From Antedon mediterranea (lineage: Eukaryota > Animalia > Echinodermata), in assembly GCF_964355755.1 (NCBI RefSeq), contig NC_092676.1:18494871-18558870 (forward strand): DNA of 64,000 nt, given 5' to 3'. Below, piece by piece: positions 47,664 through 59,750 of the stretch. A model generated the notes under the pieces. It searched no databases. It saw nothing but the letters and a program-made list of their open reading frames with translations, and was not told the DNA's origin. The first letter of the stretch is position 1. Each line of letters starts with the position of its first letter. A program made the position numbers and the translations under genes.

Positions 47664-47924
47664 AGAGAAAAATGCAACATTTATAGGGGGTGAAACATTT
47701 TATCTCAAGAAAGGAAATCTAGAGAAAGAAAAAGAGGAAGGAGAGCGGACATGCGCAGTATACGTAAGTACGCATCATCGCGTTGCCATGCCAATTATTG
47801 TGCGCGCATCAACATTCCTACGATACAACTTGCTTATATCTAATTCAGAAACTTATCGGAAATCTTTTACTTAGTTATTTTTATAAATATATCTATCTAT
47901 TGTATTAATTCGTTTACTATTATA

Positions 47925-49702
47925 ATGGGTAATAATTGCAGCGTACTTTGTGGAAGTGATACTGTTGAATCCACCGTGGTGGACAATCGCGAGAAATTAG
48001 AAGAAGATGAAGGAACTGATGTTGATAATCCTATGCAATCGGTGCCAACCGAAAGCCCTGAAGCTGAAGACGACACCAACAATGCCAATGGTTCCTCAGC
48101 AACTGCGTTGACAAACGTCCCACCAGTAGCTGATCTGTCAGATAGCCACGATACGGATAGCAAAGAAAAGAGAAAGAAGACTTCAATTTTCACAAGAGTT
48201 CGTCGGTCAATCAGGTCACGGAGAAGAACCGTGGCTGATGTTAGAGATGTATATAAAGTGAAAGACTGCAATGATAGTGTAGAGACACCTGTCGTTAAAC
48301 AAGACGTGGACATACCACTACCAGTTGAAACTAAGAAGGATTCAAATGAAAGGTAATTATATTGTTTAATGTATATATGGCTGTGATTAAATAGCGTGAT
48401 TACAAAATGTATTTATTAACAATCTGTGAAGACTGACGATACCATTACATACATGAAGGGCAAACAAAATGTATGGTACCACGGATAACACTCTAATAAT
48501 CTCCGAAAAGAAAAATTATAACATATTTTTTATTAATCACGATATTTACGCTCTACTATCGGCTTCAACTGTTTGATTTCATTTGTCACTAAATATTATT
48601 ATTGGTACTAAATTATTCTTTATCTCTTAATTATTCTATAAATTTAGTGTAAAAGAGGATAAATCAGAATTGGTTAAGGAAGAGGACATGAAATGCGAGG
48701 ATCTGGAAGAGCAAAATGTTCTGTAAGGATAACTATAATTTTCAATTTTTAAAAACAAATTTTATTTGGACCTATAAATTACGGTATGTCTAATTTTTTT
48801 AGATGAAAAGACGTGTAGAAATTACAATCATCCGCGAAGAAAATTATTATTATATGAATGGTTTTTGTGTTTTTTTATTTAGTGAGCAGCTTATGCCTGA
48901 AGCCCTAGATGATGCACTGAATATGGTAGAAAACTCATTGTCGGTGGAGGAGGAGGAAAAACATAGTTTGTGTTCGGATGCAGACGTTGAACAATACAAA
49001 TATTTGGTTCAAGAAGACAATAGAAAATTGGGTACAGTTTATAGACAACATTTCGTTGTATTTAAACTGTTTGTGTTTATGAAATGCAATGATTATAAAA
49101 TATTGTTTTTCTCGTTTACAGATGAACTTTCTGACCGTTATATTCTACCGAGCGATGTGCCTACTCGTGTGATCAGAAGGTATTGTATAATCAATGTCTT
49201 TAATAAATCATCATTTATTATCAACTATCATCATTGATAATAATTATATTGTTTATAATTTTATTCAGCAATGTCCAAGATTTGACTGTGGACAGCAAAC
49301 TTACACGTCGTCCCCGACCGCCATCGCGGTGCGGTATCAAGGCTGAGCTGATTTTATCCTACCGAGACGTGAACAGGGAGATACCATCTGCGTTTTCTAC
49401 AATGGCACAGGCAGATAATGACAGTGAACTGATGGAAGACATTGGAATGCTCAATCGGTACCGCCAAGTAAGTAACTAACAACAAATAAAGTAAAACACA
49501 GACAAATACTTCATTTTCATAAATTTAAATATATAATGTTTCTTTATAGCTAAAGAAGAAGCACAATTTGAACGAGATGGCAAAAAGACGAGAACGTAAC
49601 AGAAGATTGAAAATAACAATGAAGCAACAACACAACCGAACATTAATGGAACCACAGGGTGTGTTGGAAGATGTTATAGAGGTGGTGGACGAGAAGGAGT
49701 AG
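47925..49702 (+). CDS. Unrecognised 353-aa protein, copy 3 (mosaic of copy 1 and copy 2 types)
   Basis: Exons 47925-48352, 48648-48722, 48883-49031, 49122-49179, 49269-49467, 49550-49702. Open frame. Confidence 0.82.
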
Positions 49703-49957
49703 TGGGAGGTGGTCCGGTAAAGGAGGGGTGGAGGCGGGAGTTTTGACAGAGACAGACCAGATGGAACTAACAGCAATGATAGGCGACCAGGACGGCGAGC
49801 ATAGATTGTGATACTGGGACAGTCACATAAACCAGCGAAGAAAGTCTAATAGGCGACGAGTATTATTTGCCAGATTTTAGTTAGCGTCTTTTAATTTAGG
49901 TAAATGCTCACGTTAGTCAGGCCAGTGTAGCCGACATAGTTATACCATATATTATTA

Positions 49958-50120
49958 TCATCAAAATCTGTTATCACATTTAAAACTAAACTCAAAACTC
50001 ATCTCTTCAGAGAAGCATAATCACACGCTACTACTTGCACAGATCTTGGAAAACACAGCGCTTTGAAACCTTTGTCTCTTGCGCTTTATAAATGTTATTT
50101 ATTATTTATTTATTATTTAT
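49958..50120 (+). mobile_element. L2-clade LINE 3' end inserted downstream of orphan copy 3
   Basis: Reverse complement of 37277-37435 almost without mismatch. Sits where copies 1 and 2 have a (TA)-rich patch. Confidence 0.8.
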
Positions 50121-50979
50121 CATATCTTTCTGAATACTAAACGGATTGCTTTTTTTTTAAATTGTTAGGTTTTTGTTTAAATCATGAAATGGAGGATATA
50201 AAATGAACGATTGTAATACCGCATAGTCCATGTCGTTGCATAACGAACCTAACTTCTACAATATCAGACTGCAGGATACGAAACAGTCAATTATGACACA
50301 TATTATTATTATTATTGTCTAGTGTATTCATGAGATGATTATCAGATACGGATTTCATTGAGAAGACTGAGAATATACAAATAAGGCCTAAATATATAAA
50401 TATGATGAAAATAAAATGAGCAGATTAAACAAAATGGTGTAGTCTATCCCGCATTTCATTCATTCATTTCTCTGGTTGGTAACTATGCATAGGCCTACTT
50501 CCTCCATGATACCAACTTCAATCTAAAAGACAAAATCGAAATCCGTTTGCTATAAAGGGAAACACTTCTATAACATTAAAACTATCCTTAAGGGAAATTT
50601 CTTAAATATTTGTATCGAATTACTTACTTGTTTAACGGAAATAATAAGATTGATTAAATTCGGGGACTGGGTTTATAATTTCCTTTTCTACACCAACAAC
50701 CAGGATGTGAACAAATATAATTATTTCCCCCCTTTTTCTCATAATGTAACAACTCTTGGTTAAGTTGAAAGTTTCCCTTATCTAAGGTTTCTAATTTATA
50801 ATTTGTGGTAGCATAGATCATGTGCTAACTATTTATAGAAGATAATAGTATTCATGTTTCTATATGCGGTGCTAACTGTCACCCTTCAAATATCTCCGTT
50901 GAAAAACAATGCAAAAGAAATTGTGGGCTGAAAAAAAAAATCGTGTATTAATTACAGTTTTCTTTGAATTGAACATCCA

Positions 50980-51076
50980 CTGTCTACATTATCAAACTTG
51001 ATGTGAAAATGGGATGTGCTTATATTTAGACACGATGATGTCATATCGCTATCATATTTGGGCACATCACACTTTT
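50980..51076. mobile_element. Degenerate MITE family A copy
   Basis: CTGTCTACATTATCAAACT...CATATTTGGGCACATCAC. Confidence 0.55.
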
Positions 51077-52191
51077 TAAAATACAAAAACAAATGTTACA
51101 AGACTAGAGTAGGCCTAGCTAGTCTAGGAATACAATCTGAAAAGAGACCTATAGGAATCAAGTTAGGGTGAGCGGAATGTTAGAAGCAACATTTCCAGAT
51201 ATCTATTTTTAAAATGGCCGCCATTTCAATGTGTAAAGTGGCTGAGAGTGATCAGAAGGGATGTTTAAGATATGGTTATGTTCACTGCCTCTAGCATTCC
51301 ACTCCTTCGAATTATTTTTTTCCAGATTTTTTTCCTAAACTAAAAATGTTATTCAAGAAATAGATTTCACCAGCCCACTCAGAAATAGGCCTACCACTTT
51401 ACCAGTGGAAAAACGCCACGATTCACTGTTACAGGCCTACAATGCAAAATGTAGCATATGCCCCTTAACTTTGACTGGCATGTGATCAGTTAATGTTGTT
51501 CAAATGCTTTATGAATGAAGACAATTGATCTGTACTGTATTTAGATTTAAGTAATAATTTACAATGTGAACTTCCCTTTCTTGCGTATTTTAAGTAACGT
51601 TGAGGATACATAGTAATACGTTAATCCGTTTTAACATTTACGTTAATTCGAAATATATAGCATGATCTATATATACACTAAAAGTACTACGGCAAGCTTT
51701 GATATTGAAATAAATTAATTGACGTACTTTGTAAGCTAAACCGCCGACTTTTTTTTGCTTTCAAAAATCACGTATTGCTAATTAGAAAATCTCGACTTTT
51801 CGGTCAAGCTGCCGTCTTACTAAAAATGCAGATGAGTATAAAATGCAATTATTAGGATAGTAAACTCGCATTGGTCAATTGCGGCATTTTAGCAGACTAG
51901 AGAAATGATCTTAATTGAATTCCGTCATGATGTGAACATATATAATTAAGTGGAGATTAGTTCACCATTGAGAAAATATAATACACCACACTTTTCTGTG
52001 ATGCTCAGTCTTGCTAACGTGCATATATCTTAACTGAATCCCATCAAGATGTGAGCATCTATATAATTAAGTAGTTTAACCATTGAGAAAGAAATATATT
52101 TCTACCCTGTAAAAAGACATCCACTAGCTACTGTAATACGCGTGAAACATCCCTGACCTCTGGTCATTAATGGGAATAATATGCGCATTTA

Positions 52192-52514
52192 AGGCTCTTT
52201 TCCACTATGCGAATTTGTTCGCGCGAATCAAAAGCGTCAGCTTATATACGCATGCGTCATGTTTCCATCTTCCAAATCTCTCTCTTTCGAGTTTTTCGCT
52301 TCAGCGAAATTAATAGTTCGAATTGTGCCTATATTTTTAAGAGCTCAGGAAATGAGCTATGACGCGTTCATAAGCACTGATACGAATCGAGGTATTTGAT
52401 TGATTTTTTTAGCAAAATCGTTTGGATTCGCGCGAACAAATTCGCATATGATAATGGGAAACAGGCTGTTTTTTATGATACGCGTCTAGTTTGCCTAGTG
52501 TGGAAAACAGGCTT
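52192..52514. mobile_element. Harbinger-like MITE
   Basis: AGGCTCTTTTCCACTATGCGAATTTGTTCGCGCGAATC with inverse GATTCGCGCGAACAAATTCGCATA and terminal GTGGAAAACAGGCT|TAA. Confidence 0.6.
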
Positions 52515-52925
52515 AACACATTGTTTAAAAAATTTATTTTCACCTCCCTATTTTATACGTTTGTACCCGTGGAGGTTGATGATATAATGGAGGAGGCCTA
52601 AAATATCTCCATAATGATAGTCTACACTAAACCAGTATGACTGAAACAGGTGCGTCAATAGAGATTATTTTAAGAACTGATCGCATTTCGAAAACATGGT
52701 TAGCTTACTTTACGAACACATTAAAACTGAGAACAATGTTAACATATTGAAATCCCACCGAGAGGAGATGTAACATCATATCGCCTAACAAACTTTAAAC
52801 AAGTTCAAGAATTCCGCAGTATACCACAGAGAGCCACTAAAAAAAGATGAAATACTGACTGTAATATTGTAATTAGGATATAGTGTAAAACCTCGAAAAT
52901 ACTTATTCTTTTGTTATTATTTTTG

Positions 52926-53003
52926 GATGGGCTTCTTTTCAAGATGGACTTCTTTTCAAGATGGACTTCTTTTCAAGATGGACTTCTTTTCGAGATGGGC
53001 TTT
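52926..53003. repeat. 17-bp minisatellite (~4.5 copies)
   Basis: (GATGGACTTCTTTTCAA)n. Confidence 0.8.
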
Positions 53004-54385
53004 TTTTTTACCTTTGCAAACTAAAGATAAAGAGAGAGAGAGAATGAATGAATGCTGTGATTTGTGAACTGGTTCACAAAATAGCCCCTGTATTACCACC
53101 TATCTGATAGGACAGTGATTAATTTACTATTGGTAATTGCCTAAAGACATAAAATAAAATTTTAACAAATTCTATTACAGTATGATTTTTAAGACATTAC
53201 CTGCCAAGTTTACATATTTGATCAAAATACTATTTTAAACTTTAAAATGAATGTACGATATGAAGTTGATAATATTGTATCTGCACAAGTTGTATATAAT
53301 GGCATTCAATCACCTTGTTCCTTTGATATTAATAGTCTCGAAAAGAAGCACATACTATCTTGAAAGAAGCCCAGTGGGATTGATTGATTAAAAAACGATT
53401 TACTGGTACTCGGATTTTTACAAATATAAGTGACAGTAGGCCATATATAGGTAATTAAGGCAGGCCTTAAAATAACATGCATTTTGTTTTGATATCCTAC
53501 TACTCAAATTCCCTTTAGATTTGAAGTTTCAGTTTTGATCCTTTAAGGTGTTTTAATTTAGTTAATGTTAATTCATTTTCAAATATTACAGGCGGCATAT
53601 TAGGGCAATGGTTAATAATGTCAGTTACATTATTTTACACATTGTTTTATTTGTAGGCCTATGGGAAGTCACGGAAGTTAACCAACAAGACACCAGTTTA
53701 GAGTATAAGTAAAGATTAAAATGTTATACCGGGTGTACTTTGGAATTGAACCTCAGCAACAATCAACAATCCGCAATTTCACTACACCAGGTGATGTAAT
53801 GAATAGTAATTACAATTAAAATGTCCATTACTATTTGATTAGCATGATAATGATACTCAAGTCCATTATCATGAATCAAGGGTTAACCTGACGTTTAGTT
53901 TTTCATAATGGATATGAGGTAATTGTGTTTTTTTAATAATTATTTAACTGACATTTATTGGTTGACATGAAAAGATGAATTAAGTGAGAAGATAATGTTC
54001 ATCGTTGCTTGGAATTGACGTTTCGGAAGTCATTGTGATTTTGGAGGGGTGACACAAATTCCCGAATACTTGTTTCTCTATAGTTGTATATATAATTCAA
54101 CTATGTGGTTGTTATGATGTAAGAATGAATGAAAATTAAGCTGCACCTCTCCCTTTGATGACTGACCAACATTGAATATTGTAGTCCGTCCTATTCTATA
54201 GACCGTATGTACAGAGTGAGTAAACCCATGATAGAGAAGCACTCAAATATTTGTTTGCGTTCCTAACATTCATTGCATATTGCATTATAAGTGTTTAACT
54301 CGAATATAGTTGTTTAATGATAGCAGTTAGCTAAACAAGTTTGCTTTATGAGTGTCTATTTACACGAGGATCACGTACATCGTCC

Positions 54386-54779
54386 TTTTCAAGCTTCGCT
54401 CATCTTTCGTTCGTTATGGTCGGTTCATTCATTGTCGTCTGTTTAAGCTTCGCTCATCTTTCGTTCGTTATGGTCGGTTCATTCATTGTCGTCTGTTCAA
54501 GCTTCGCTCATCTTTCGTTCGTTATTATGGACGGTTCATTCATTGTCGTCTGTTCAAGCTTCGCTCATCTTTCGTTCGTTATGGTCGGTTCATTCATTGT
54601 CGTCTGTTCAAGCTTCGCTCATCTTTCGTTCGTTATGGTCGGTTCATTGTTCATTCATTGTCGTCTGTTCAAGCTTCGCTCATCTTTCGTTCGTTATGGT
54701 CGGTTCATTCATTGTCGTCTGTTCAAGCTTCGCTCATCTTTCGTTCGTTATTATGGTCGGTTCATTCATTGTCGTCTGT
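54386..54779. repeat. 54-63-bp tandem repeat, ~7 copies
   Basis: TTCAAGCTTCGCTCATCTTTCGTTCGTTATGGTCGGTTCATTCATTGTCGTCTG with small internal duplications. Confidence 0.9.
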
Positions 54780-54803
54780 TTAGTGTGTTTATGCACATCA
54801 GTG

Positions 54804-55408
54804 AGGAAACGGACGCTTCGGTCGTTTACATATCTAAGAAACGGATGGATTCGTTCGTACACCTATCTAGGAAACGGATTAGGCTTACTTGGTTCGTTCA
54901 CTTATTTAGGAAACGTAGGATTTGTTCGATCACCTATATAGGAAACGGACGGCTTCGTTCATTCACCTATCTAAGAAACGGACGACGCGTTCGTTCACCT
55001 GCCACAGTATAAAGAAATGGTAAAAAAAAACCCGGACGACTTATCGTCTCTTTAGAAACGGACAACTTCGTTTGTTAACCTACATAAGAAACGGACGACG
55101 CGTTGGTTCACATACAGTATAAGGAAATGGTAAACAAAAAACCGGACGACTTTATCGTCTCTTTAGAAACGGACGACTTTGTTCGTTATAAGAAACGGAC
55201 GACGCGTTCGTTCACCTACCACAGTATAAGGAAATGGTAAACAAAAACCGGACGACTTCAGCGTCTATTAAGAAACGGACGACTTTGTTCGTTATAAGAA
55301 ACAGACGACGCGTTCGTTCACCTACCACAGTATAAGGAAATGGTAAACAAAACCGGACTACTTCATCGTTTCTTAAGAAACGGACGACGCGTTCGTTCAC
55401 CTACCACT
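54804..55408. repeat. Compound degenerate tandem repeat built from AGAAACGGACGAC...GTTCGTTCACCT modules
   Basis: Short ~35-bp modules at 54804-54990 grade into ~105-115-bp units with CACAGTATAAGGAAATGGTAAACAAAAACCGGACGAC. Confidence 0.8.
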
Positions 55409-55518
55409 GTGTAGAATAGGAAATAGCCCAAAACGAACGAGTTAATCACACTGTTTTTTTAGATAGCCACTTATCATTTGATATATAGGACTATAATTGT
55501 CAATATCCTTTTAATATC

Positions 55519-55550
<32 letters not shown>

Positions 55551-57474
55551 CACTAATTTCCTTTTAAAATAACAATACAAGAAATAACAATTCAGTGGAG
55601 TGAAATATAATTTAATATCTATGTATTTAGCACGTGTGTGAGATTGGATTTCTGTTAAAAGCTTTCGGATCTAATTAACCAATGTTATTGTAGAGTTATA
55701 TTTCCAGATGCGTTGCAGAATACACGTAACGTAGGTCTTATTAATTTACGATCAATAAATCATACTTTAATATCGTATTGTTTTTATATTATAAATCATA
55801 AATTATGCGGGTAATAATAATTTAATCATTTTGATTGAAGTCTGAAAAGCAATATAAATAAATGATGGCACATGCGGATATAGTAAGTTTCTACTGACAT
55901 TGGTAAAAGGATTAAATGTTTCAGCACACATGGCGTTTCATACGTATATATGCTTATTATACGAACAATTGTAGTTTACAGACAAAATCGAAATCGGATA
56001 GTGGGAATGGGATGTGTTAAATTTGCAGTTATAGAACAGTAGGCCTACTTCAAGCATATAAACTCAGTGGTCTAAATCGAAATCGTTGTGAAATCTTATA
56101 TCTCATTGCAACCCACCTATAGAGACAATAATTGCTGTGGGTCACGGAAATGTCGGCATTCGTGTCGTATTTAAGATTCTCTTGTAGGCTATTCTAAATA
56201 TAAATTGATAAATAGTTCAGTTTAAAGACTGTGTTCTATCGATTAAGAATAAAAACAACAATATAATCCACTTTTATGTATTTAATTTAAATTGTCATAA
56301 TAGAAGATGTTTATACTGACAAATGAAACGGCATAAAGTATTCGGTACTGTATATTGTGCAGTATCATAGGCAAACTCTGTAGTGAATTACATAACATGT
56401 GACGCCTGTATCATAAGGCTTGAACCTAGATACATATGTATTACAGAATTTGACATGATACTGGCCAAATAATGCTTTATGTATAGAGTATAGATACAAT
56501 ACAGAAAATCAAGTGATATTATAAAAATAAGCATGCGATATAGAAGACACGCCTTCTTTTATAAAGTCGAATTCATTATAACAGGAAATTACAATATCTT
56601 CGATTTGGCTAGATTGAACACGGTTGACTTAATACACTAGAGCTACAATACATCGCGTTCCACAGGTATTAATACAACGAAGGAATTTATAATAATTATA
56701 ATTTTATGCATACGGTTTCTCCTTCAAACAAGCATTTCAATAATGACACTAGAAAATATGAAAAGTGACAACCGACGATGTAAGCGATTAATGGAGAGAG
56801 TAGGACATCAGTTACATTTGCGACATTGGCGCCAGAACTTCGCTGAAATTGTGATCTTAATGGCACTTGTCTTATTCACCATATTCCCCCTCGCGGTCGG
56901 ATGATTGATAGATAGGACCTAATTAGCCTACATATGACGTCACTGCGTCGAAAATCGAAAACTTTTAAGCGCAATAATCGTCGCATTTTGAATTAAAACA
57001 GTAGGCCTATGGTAATGAAATATCTAGGCATTTATTACATTGTTAGCAGTAACAATGTCTTCAAAAATCTTTGGTCTGAGAATTCTGCATGATTACAAAT
57101 TTATTCGCACGAACGCATGCGTATTCATAGGCCTATTGGAATTTACTTTTTGTGAAGAGGCGAAATAAGATTCGCGCGAATATATTCGCCTATTGGAAAA
57201 ATAATTTACCGTACATTCACACTTATACCGTTTAACGGAACAAGAGAGTGCCATTCAATTCCTTATATTATTTTCCCATTTTAACAAAATAATGCCGTTT
57301 TCTGTTCTCTGTGAAAAGGAACAATTGTGCATGTAGGTTGGTATTATACGATGGACGTATACGAATCTTACGTGGCAGGTATTCATTACCATCCAGGGCA
57401 TAACTATTTCAAACCATCCCTTTCTTAGACTATGACATATAATTCAGTATTAATAAGTCAATTAATTAATTTAG

Positions 57475-58059
57475 TCAATTGTTTCCATAGAAGTTCCATT
57501 CTTTAAGAACTGTAGATCCTTGCCCCGTAAACATTGGCGCTGTAGACCCTTCATCGGACAACGTAGATGAATAAAACTTAATCTTTTTAGAGTTTGTTTC
57601 ATTGAATGCGTTAATACCTTCACGCCATTTGTACGAATAATATGAATCAACAACAAGTTCTAGACTGATATCCGAATGTTTGATCACTTGAAACCAATAG
57701 AGAATATCATTTAAAGAAAGAGTACCATTTTCAAAAATCCACGCTTCGTTCAAAGTAGCCGACGAGTTTTCCACACCTTTAAGCTTCTTCGTCGGTGGTG
57801 TTCCATGCCCTACAAACACTATCCTCATATGTGAGCTAGGCTTAGAATTTTTGGTAAAGAAGGCACGAACCATTTCAAGAGCCGAAATGGATGATTTACA
57901 AGTGGCTATTTCTATCTCTTGCAAATCATTTTTGACGGATGCTAGCCTGCTCTTTACGCTCTTTATATCTTGCTGGCAGACAAAGTCGTCGTATAGTCCA
58001 CAAGGTGCAATGATGAAAAGTGTTGGTTGCGGATCACAAGATGGAGATACCTTCTCCAT
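57475..58059 (-). CDS. Intronless 194-aa caspase/metacaspase-like (clan CD fold) protein, catalytic Cys apparently replaced by Tyr
   Basis: 585-nt open frame in ~33% GC DNA with good start context (GAAATGG). Motifs RIVFVGHG, WIFENGTLSLNDIL and LELVVDSYYSYKW correspond to metacaspase FxGHG and hhhDSCxSG. Confidence 0.65.
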   Translation of the reverse strand: MEKVSPSCDPQPTLFIIAPCGLYDDFVCQQDIKSVKSRLASVKNDLQEIEIATCKSSISALEMVRAFFTKNSKPSSHMRIVFVGHGTPPTKKLKGVENSSATLNEAWIFENGTLSLNDILYWFQVIKHSDISLELVVDSYYSYKWREGINAFNETNSKKIKFYSSTLSDEGSTAPMFTGQGSTVLKEWNFYGNN

Positions 58060-59182
58060 TTCGCAGTAGGCCTACTCGTTTTGACGAAAACAATCAGAAA
58101 AGATTTTTCTGCTGAAAAGCAGACTCAGATGCAAGTATATACCAGTCTTGTTAATTTATCGCCGCCTGTTAATCCTGTAATAAAATGTATAAAAGTGGTT
58201 TTTAGAACACTTTCGCCATTAGGCCTATACGACAAATGACGATACTAAAGGTTGCTATGATATTTCCCGCTCAGTTATTAGTGCCATGCAATATCAATTC
58301 ATGATTGTTTTATAACAAATAAATTGAAACTAGGAAAAGTACCGTATAAATGAAATTGTAGAACCAATCGGAAATTCTTCTGGTAAGTTGTTTAAAATGA
58401 CAATTGAAATTTCTAATAGGCCAGCTACAATATCATAATTGTTTTTACTCTCATGCCTTGACTCAGATTAAGATTTTTAATTAAAACCCAGTAGGCCTAT
58501 ACTTCACCCAGTTGTTTAAAATAATGTGTCTCTCCTAACCTGATTTCAAAAAGATATGATCCAATATGAAATATAGTGTTTTTCTAGGCTGATAAAATGT
58601 AATCGCAGCTGCCGATGATGTCCGTTGTGCAACTAACGCCAATATCGTTATAGGACACAATAAAAGAACTAAATGAGAGTGTGGATGTATGAATAGTTAC
58701 ATAACATGCATTAACGGCCTTTGTCTTGGAAAATCGTCAAGAGCTCGATAATGTCGTTTTAAGACTAAAAATCAATATTTATCAAGGATCCGATCATGTA
58801 ACAATATAACCGAATTAATTATGTATCGTGTAATTGTCTCTTCGGTCATACACGAATACGTTAGATTCCATTTATCATTTAAATATTCAGCTTTAATTAA
58901 TTAAAAAAATTTATCATTCATTATCTGGAGTAACCGTTTGGCCGACTGAACACTCGGCCTACTGGTTGAACATAATATCGATCCTTGTGACGGATTGAGT
59001 ATGGATAACGACAGGTAGTATCCAATCACACCCTGTGCATTATAATATTAGATTTGTTTGAAATACCACATGCGCATCAATGCGTACAAATAACCTCATC
59101 TAATCGACAAAATCAATAACTGTTTGGGAATCCCGGAGCGTTCATTATCATCGAATGCATTCTATTTAGTTTGTAGTTTGTC

Positions 59183-59497
59183 TGTATTGTTTAGTATGTG
59201 TTACTCATTAAAGTGTTTTGATATCATTTTATAAGACGATGTTAGTTTTTGAACAACTACATGGGTAGGTCCAAGGAAAGGGTGGTCTACTCACAGGCTC
59301 TTTAACGAAAAGAGGTGTGAGTCAGCATGAATTACTTTACGTTGTGTGCATTGTTTAGTGTGGCGCGTATATTGAAGTGTTTGATATCATAATATAAGAC
59401 AATATTACGTTTGACAACACAATTACATGACTGGGTACAAAGGATCAGTAACCTCTCACAAGCTCTTTAACGAAAATAGATGTGCCGAGTCAGCATA
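59183..59497. repeat. Diverged two-copy ~165-bp tandem duplication
   Basis: ATTGTTTAGT...TGATATCAT...CTCACA.GCTCTTTAACGAAAA...GAGTCAGCAT occurs twice. Confidence 0.65.
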
Positions 59498-59605
59498 CTT
59501 TTCATATGTTGACAGTAGGCCTAGTCATCCATTTGATTATGACGTCTCTCTCTCCCAGTCAGTTCAACCCCGATGACGTCATTAACATGATGTATGATGG
59601 TGATA

Positions 59606-59750
59606 AAGCCCTGTCTACATTCTATCAAACTTAATGTGACAACACTATGTGAATGCCCATATATGGACATGATGATGTCACATTACTACCATATTTGGAC
59701 ATGTCACTACCATCTTTGGGCACGTCACACTTTTTTTTGTCAAACTAGTT
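59606..59750. mobile_element. MITE family A copy (reverse orientation)
   Basis: AGCCCTGTCTACATTCTATCAAACT...CTACCATATTTGG...TTTTGTCAAACTAGTTT. Confidence 0.6.

Larger units (their letters stand above)
40825..50661 (+). repeat. Head-to-tail triplication of a 3.1-3.4-kb gene-containing unit
   Basis: Units start TCACCATGT at 40825, 43928 and 47226. Each ends AAGATTGATTAAAT; homology stops at about 50661. Confidence 0.92.

Noticed and set aside
40825-50661. Triplicated unit as a transposon, Helitron or endogenous virus
   Set aside because: No TIR, LTR, CTRR end or TSD seen, no transposase/RT/capsid motifs, and an ordinary spliceosomal gene structure.
54341-55012. 223-aa hydrophobic membrane protein ORF
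   Set aside because: All three frames are open because of a stop-poor tandem repeat; no coding signature.
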